Positions 58,965 through 64,000 of a stretch of DNA of 64,000 bases are shown piece by piece (within the stretch, counting starts at the first letter, position 1; every line of letters begins with the position of its first letter). Below the pieces are notes generated by a model. The model saw nothing but the letters and a program-made list of their open reading frames with translations. It had not been told where the DNA came from and made no database searches. The translations under genes were made by a program, and so were the position numbers. The stretch lies in UHGV virus genome UHGV-0141541, one strand, 5' to 3'. Origin of the DNA: a virus.

Positions 58965-59902
58965 TACCTTTCGAATGGAAGAACAAACACTTCAAGGTCT
59001 TCAAGGAACGAACGGAAATTCAGCTCGTAGCACAGTTGCTCGAATGCTTTCACGTCACGATTGCCTTTGATTGTTTCGATTTCGGTAGGCGGAAACTTCG
59101 TCTCAATCAGGTTCATTAGCGTGATGTTTCTCTTGAACGCTTCGAGCATTCGACAGCCTGTTTTCTCGTTGAAGGCATTCTTCGCTAGTTTGTTGAAGGC
59201 GGTTTTATGGCGTCCTTTGTCAACCACTATTGAGCCGTCGTTAATGCCGCGCACCATCGTTGCGACGCTTCCCCATTCATGCAGCAGCTCTTTCGCACCG
59301 CCAGCGCCAATGCCACCAACACCGCTAATGTTGTCCGAGTTATCGCCTTGTAATGCTTTTGCTTCCAAAAATGCGCGAGGCGTGGCGAATCCTGTCAGCT
59401 CCGCAAATTGCTCAAAATTAACCTGCTTGTTTTTGGCGTCTTCACGCAGGCTTACCCAGCTTACGTTTTCACGAACTAACTGAAGCCAGTCGCTATCGCC
59501 TGTTAACAGATAGATGTGTTCAACGGTTGGCTGCGGTGCCATGCGGGATACCAGCAGCCCGGCCAGATCATCCGCTTCTGCATCTTTTGCAATGATTTGG
59601 TTAACACCAAGCGCGGTCATCATTTTGAGGATGTATGGCTTCTGGACAGAAAAGCCTTCCTTCATCTTTTTCATATCAGGATCGTCGTCGCGATTTGCTT
59701 TGTAGTCCGGGTAAAAGTCGCGACGCTTGTCACTAAATCCATCCCAAAGAATCATAGGTCGGGCATGGAGGATGGAGGCATAACGACGGACGTTCTTAAC
59801 AAAGCCGAAAGCAGCCTGAACTTCCATTTCGCCGTTGTGCAATTTGTCAGATTGTTGGTGGTAATAACCTAGGCTATTGCCATCTACGAAGAGATAATTC
59901 AC
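58958..59902 (-). CDS. 5'-3' exonuclease / flap endonuclease (FEN family)
   Basis: 314 aa; LFVDGNSL, TGDSDWLQL, helix-3-turn-helix GVGGIGAGGAKELL. Confidence 0.85.
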   Translation of the reverse strand: MNYLFVDGNSLGYYHQQSDKLHNGEMEVQAAFGFVKNVRRYASILHARPMILWDGFSDKRRDFYPDYKANRDDDPDMKKMKEGFSVQKPYILKMMTALGVNQIIAKDAEADDLAGLLVSRMAPQPTVEHIYLLTGDSDWLQLVRENVSWVSLREDAKNKQVNFEQFAELTGFATPRAFLEAKALQGDNSDNISGVGGIGAGGAKELLHEWGSVATMVRGINDGSIVVDKGRHKTAFNKLAKNAFNEKTGCRMLEAFKRNITLMNLIETKFPPTEIETIKGNRDVKAFEQLCYELNFRSFLEDLEVFVLPFERYC

Positions 59903-59963
59903 CGGTGCATTCCTTCCAAAAAAGTAAGGCGTCCGTAGACGCCTTACTGGTCACGTAATGGGA

Positions 59964-60992
59964 TTACAGAGAGTCAAGCTCTCTCAGTAGATCATCCAGA
60001 CCTTCATCTTCCGTCGCAGATGCGGCTGCTACAGATGTCGCTGCGACTGCTTCAGACTCTTTGACTGATACGGCAACGGCAGCGGAACTTGCCTCTGGTT
60101 TAAATTCAGTTTCAACGGCTCGGAGGATTTCTTCATCAACCAGACTGGTTGGTTCAGAAGCTGGGGTGTGAGCGGTTGCTACAGCAGTCGCACCCTCCGT
60201 ATGACCAGTGACAGAGCCAAATCCAGGCAGTGCCGCGGTCGATGTTTTCGCGGTAGAGGAAATTGCTGGTGCAGATGCAGAGGCAGTTGGTGCTGCGATG
60301 CCAATCAGACGACCCATAGTGCGAACTGTCGAGAGAAGACGAGTTTCATCAGCCTGATTTGCGTATGCGATCAGGTCATGCTGGGTATTCCAGAATTTAT
60401 CTTCGATATCGCCTTTGTAGACTTTACGCTTAGGCGAGACGTCATATTTGGTATCGCGACCAGAACCAGTACGTTTAATCAGGAATGCGTAGCCTTCCTC
60501 TTTGCTCAGTGGATTACCGATATCATCAGCGATGTCTTCGGTGATTGCTTTGCAGATATCATCGAATACAGTGGAAGGCAGTTCGATTAACTGGCATTTC
60601 TCTGCATCGGCGAAATCCTCACGAGCTGAAAGAATGCCGTTGACCAGGTAGCGAGGCGTGGCACGCATTTGACCGATGCGTTCTTCCATTGCTTTGTTAC
60701 CCTTGTGACGAGCGCGACCTTCCATCACCATTTCGCATAGCTGACAAGCGCGACCGTGAGTATGTTGCTCACAAATATAAGCGTTGGTTGCTTCTTTACC
60801 TTCCTCGTTCTGATACTTAACGTAGTGCATACCGAAAGTCTGGAAGAACTTACCGTTTGGGTCGTCTTTATTCGGGAAGATGCGGATATAGTTGACGCCG
60901 TCTTTTAAGCGAGTCAGATCAACGTTGTTACCACGTTTGGCGGCAATGTCTTCACGAGTTTTGTTAAGCAAATCAAGTAATGTCTTAGACAT
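59964..60992 (-). CDS. single-stranded DNA-binding protein, T4 gp32-like (tentative)
   Basis: 342 aa; His/Cys zinc site CEQHTHGRACQLC, Ala/Ser/Thr-rich linker, acidic C-terminal tail EDEGLDDLLRELDSL. Confidence 0.45.
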   Translation of the reverse strand: MSKTLLDLLNKTREDIAAKRGNNVDLTRLKDGVNYIRIFPNKDDPNGKFFQTFGMHYVKYQNEEGKEATNAYICEQHTHGRACQLCEMVMEGRARHKGNKAMEERIGQMRATPRYLVNGILSAREDFADAEKCQLIELPSTVFDDICKAITEDIADDIGNPLSKEEGYAFLIKRTGSGRDTKYDVSPKRKVYKGDIEDKFWNTQHDLIAYANQADETRLLSTVRTMGRLIGIAAPTASASAPAISSTAKTSTAALPGFGSVTGHTEGATAVATAHTPASEPTSLVDEEILRAVETEFKPEASSAAVAVSVKESEAVAATSVAAASATEDEGLDDLLRELDSL

Positions 60993-61109
60993 GTGTTTCT
61001 CCTTGTTGTGATTTGGCCGATGGCGCTATGCGCGTTGGGCTTTCGTTCATTCGTGGCTCTTTCGAGCTGTTAAATGATAGATCAGTACTTACTTATTATC
61101 TATCAAAAA

Positions 61110-61541
61110 TCAACGGGGAGTAATAAAGCGTTCAGAGCCTAATCGCTCTAATTCAACGATGGCCATCTTTGACGCCTGAACGATCATGTCTCGGCGATGC
61201 GAAAAGGCGGCGACAGCATGTTTGTATATGTCTGCGATGTGCCGTGCTTCATCCAACTTCTGCCGTTTAGACAGATACTGTGGGTTTGTTTTAACCTTAG
61301 CGTCCAGTACAGATTCGTTGAACTTAATGCCATTCATACTCAAGTTCTTACGCTCTGTGTCGTATAGCTTTGCTTCAACAGCTTCAAGGTTAAGTTTTGC
61401 TTCTGCGACACTTCTTTCTGCATGGGCGAGTTTTGAGCCATATTCCATCAACAGGCGGGGTTGTCTACGCCAGACTTCTTCCAGATTGTCTCGGTCAAAC
61501 TCGAGATCGGACATGATTTTTTCGTATATATTGGTGCTCAT
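61110..61541 (-). CDS. hypothetical protein, possibly UvsY-like recombination mediator
   Basis: 143 aa helical protein next to SSB-like and RecA-like genes; weak resemblance to T4 UvsY central region. Confidence 0.4.
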   Translation of the reverse strand: MSTNIYEKIMSDLEFDRDNLEEVWRRQPRLLMEYGSKLAHAERSVAEAKLNLEAVEAKLYDTERKNLSMNGIKFNESVLDAKVKTNPQYLSKRQKLDEARHIADIYKHAVAAFSHRRDMIVQASKMAIVELERLGSERFITPR

Positions 61542-61785
61542 TTTGATAGATTCTCACTTATCATGATGTATTGATTATAGAGCTTAAATTAACGCTAATC
61601 CAAGATAGACCGTTATGCTATCTGCTCGAACAACCATTTCTTAGGGCTTGTTAATTGCAGGAGTTTCTCCTATTGTGTTCGTGGATTTAATCGAAAGAAA
61701 TATGGGTTTTGAAAAGGATAGAATCTTCATGTTTCCGCACAGCATTTATCATTAATTATTCAAATTAAAAGGAAATATTATCCTC

Positions 61786-62376
61786 ATGTTTGATATTTAT
61801 AATTTATTAAAGCAAATAGCAGAGAACACGAAACCTGACCATTCTGCTATTTGGATTGCTGTAATATCTTCAATATCAGCTATTGCAGGCGCTGCTATTG
61901 GTGCATATTTGTTATATCGAGGCACAAACGAACAAATTAATTCTGCTGCTGCTATTGAAGATAAAAAATTAAAAGCAACTATAATTACCGCAGAAAGACT
62001 TCGTTGGCTTCAAGAGCTAAGGTCAAGAAGTAGTGAGTTTTATGCGAATCTCGATATGAATTACAACTTATTAAAACGACCGATAAATCCGCAGGCAATC
62101 CCGACATATCAACAAGCTGGGGACGAACTGGCGAAAATTGTAATGATTCAATGCAATCAGATAATTGTATTACTTAATCCTAAAAAAACTCATCAGCAAA
62201 CTATTTTTAATAAATGTAATGATGCACTTAAATTTTTCATGGAATGCGTCGAAGAAAAAAATAATGGTAATCTGAACTTTGATGATTCCAAGTATGCGGA
62301 AATAAAAAACGATTACTTTAATGCTTTAACTGAAATAGGTATTGAAACTTGGAAGCAGATAAAAGAGTTAAGTTGA
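61786..62376 (+). CDS. hypothetical membrane-anchored protein (AT-rich accessory gene)
   Basis: 196 aa; N-terminal TM segment AIWIAVISSISAIAGAAIGAYLLY; only plus-strand gene in this region; AT-rich. Confidence 0.5.
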   Translation: MFDIYNLLKQIAENTKPDHSAIWIAVISSISAIAGAAIGAYLLYRGTNEQINSAAAIEDKKLKATIITAERLRWLQELRSRSSEFYANLDMNYNLLKRPINPQAIPTYQQAGDELAKIVMIQCNQIIVLLNPKKTHQQTIFNKCNDALKFFMECVEEKNNGNLNFDDSKYAEIKNDYFNALTEIGIETWKQIKELS

Positions 62377-62437
62377 TGTCTTATTGGCGGAAGATAATTA
62401 ATAACTATCACTACACGGAATCTGCAATTAATAAATG

Positions 62438-62462
62438 AAACCCGCGATTGGCGGGTTTTTTA
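62438..62462 (+). terminator. intrinsic terminator
   Basis: AACCCGC-GATTG-GCGGGTT hairpin followed by TTTTTATTT. Confidence 0.6.
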
Positions 62463-62594
62463 TTTATGCGACTTTCTTACCCAAGATGTTGGATAGAGTG
62501 ACTCTGGTCTGGCGTTTCAGCCTGTACTATCTCACATCGCCAATCTTGTTTACTTTCATAAACTCTTTGGCCTCCTTTATGGTGTTTTCTTTAT

Positions 62595-64000
62595 TCATTT
62601 GCTAATAGTCTCCGCTACCTCTGCCAGAATTGCTTCCAGCTTTTCGCCTTCCTCTGGGCGAAAGTACAAAATATTCGGGTTAAATCCGTAGAAAACAGTC
62701 ACATCCAGCTCCGGCAGATACTCTTTGCGTCCAACCAGGTCGGATGGTTTGATCTTGTTGTTGAAGAGCGACGTTGCCCGGCTGCCACACGTCAGCACAT
62801 AGGTCGGACGCACCAGATTGATCTCTTCACGCATAAAGTCGGTGAACTGGCCGATCTCGTCTTTGGTGTAGTCTTTTTCTTTGTCTTTAACCTTCTTGCA
62901 AACGCCTGTGACATAGAGATCGCCCATGCGTAAATCTCCAGCCGTCAATAGCTTGGCCTTAAAATCGTCGTATCCGTTCTCCATAAAGTAACCGGTTCGA
63001 GCATCATTGCCGTTCGCATTGTCCAGAATGATCATGATTTTCGGCTTAATACCAATGCTGGGGCGGATTAGTTCATCACCTAAGCCCATTTCAGCCGCCA
63101 TCCGTGTCATGAGCACGTTAATCTCAGCCGAACGTTTGGGGTTCATCTCAAACGGACGTGAGGCTTTAACTGCATCTATGACAAGGTTTCCCATCAATTC
63201 AGCCTGGTCGCGGAGGCGCTCTGGATCAGTTGCTGGCAGACTACCTGGCTCGATGGATGCAAACGCCCCTACTTTTTGCAGCGATTCGCGCACTCGACTA
63301 TTACAGGCACGTTTCTCGACAGCTTCTTCGAATTGCGCAAGTGACTCGAATTTGCCGCCAACCTTTTCTCGCGCTCTCATGATGGCCTGGCAGCCATTCT
63401 CAGAACACCCCTTCACAGCAGAGAAGGGCGCATACAGCACCTGGCTGCCATCTTCAAGCGTGCGGATCTCGATTCGGTTAGATGACACGTTAACGTCTGG
63501 TGGCAATACGCGAATACCATAGGTCAGCGCATCTTTAACCAGCCCCTGGTGTTTATCTTCGCCAAGAATAGTGAGAGCAGCAGCGAAAAACTCTGCGGGA
63601 TAATGAGTTTTCAACCACATAGATTGATAACTGATTAAGGAGTAAGCAACAGAGTGTGATTTGTTGAACTGGTAGGCACCATTCTTTTCGAATGCGGTCC
63701 AGATCTCCTTCGCTTTCATCTCTGATAGCCCTGGATGTGACGCTGTAACGCGTACTGCGTTTATAGGTAGTTTTGCACCGAACTCAAGTGCCTCTTCGAC
63801 AGTTTTCAGAGTTCCGTCTTCGCATTTAAAATGTTCCGCACGGTGAATGCGCTGTGTAGTGCCATCTTCCAGCTCAACGTCGATCCAGCCAGCTTGAGCC
63901 TGAACGATGAACTTCTCACCCATGCTCTTCATTTTCTCCATGTCTTTTTTGCCGATCGCTTTACGAACGCCGTCAGCTTCAGCCATTGTGAAGCCGGCAA
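62595..64000 (-). CDS. dnaE: DNA polymerase III alpha (DnaE-type), C-terminal part; runs off the window edge
   Basis: FNKSHSVAYSLISYQSMWLKTHYPAEFFAAAL closely matches the DnaE motif; ORF has no in-window start, so 5' partial; C-terminal ~170 aa unassigned. Confidence 0.8.
   Translation of the reverse strand, partial: AGFTMAEADGVRKAIGKKDMEKMKSMGEKFIVQAQAGWIDVELEDGTTQRIHRAEHFKCEDGTLKTVEEALEFGAKLPINAVRVTASHPGLSEMKAKEIWTAFEKNGAYQFNKSHSVAYSLISYQSMWLKTHYPAEFFAAALTILGEDKHQGLVKDALTYGIRVLPPDVNVSSNRIEIRTLEDGSQVLYAPFSAVKGCSENGCQAIMRAREKVGGKFESLAQFEEAVEKRACNSRVRESLQKVGAFASIEPGSLPATDPERLRDQAELMGNLVIDAVKASRPFEMNPKRSAEINVLMTRMAAEMGLGDELIRPSIGIKPKIMIILDNANGNDARTGYFMENGYDDFKAKLLTAGDLRMGDLYVTGVCKKVKDKEKDYTKDEIGQFTDFMREEINLVRPTYVLTCGSRATSLFNNKIKPSDLVGRKEYLPELDVTVFYGFNPNILYFRPEEGEKLEAILAEVAETISK

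Noticed and set aside
1-64000. tRNA, rRNA or tmRNA genes
   Set aside because: Intergenic regions were scanned by eye for T-loop-like GTTCRANYC context and cloverleaf-sized conserved blocks; none convincing. A tRNAscan-SE or ARAGORN run would be needed to exclude them.

Overview
The window reads as about 64 kb of a large temperate enterobacterial phage or phage-plasmid, with a host-type metG-apbC segment embedded in the middle. All calls rest on reading the supplied ORF translations and the raw sequence for motifs I recognise from memory; no database search was run. Gene content (nrdAB, thyA, DHFR, DnaE-type polymerase, iteron-flanked Rep, UmuD'-like protein) is reminiscent of SSU5/pHCM2-type phage-plasmids, but that assignment is unverified. 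Almost all genes are on the minus strand. The left part (1-8000) is a head morphogenesis and packaging module. Next comes a tightly coupled ParB-ParB-ABC ATPase-GNAT-wHTH operon (8208-11399), then a plus-strand block (11464-16073) holding an SF2 helicase, small secreted proteins and an AT-rich three-gene cassette. Positions 16100-20800 are largely noncoding and repeat-rich, with two iteron-like clusters and a ~1.4 kb GT-rich tract. Positions 22181-28167 hold metG, apbC, a UmuD'-like gene and two unknown genes, bracketed by a repeated element-specific motif. The right part (28200-64000) is a DNA metabolism, replication and recombination region with a P1-like iteron/Rep replicon. Two dyad-symmetric motif families recur in intergenic regions. 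No rRNA, tRNA or CRISPR array was found. The candidates I would look at first are the ParB/ATPase/GNAT operon, the embedded host segment and the repeat-rich noncoding region.
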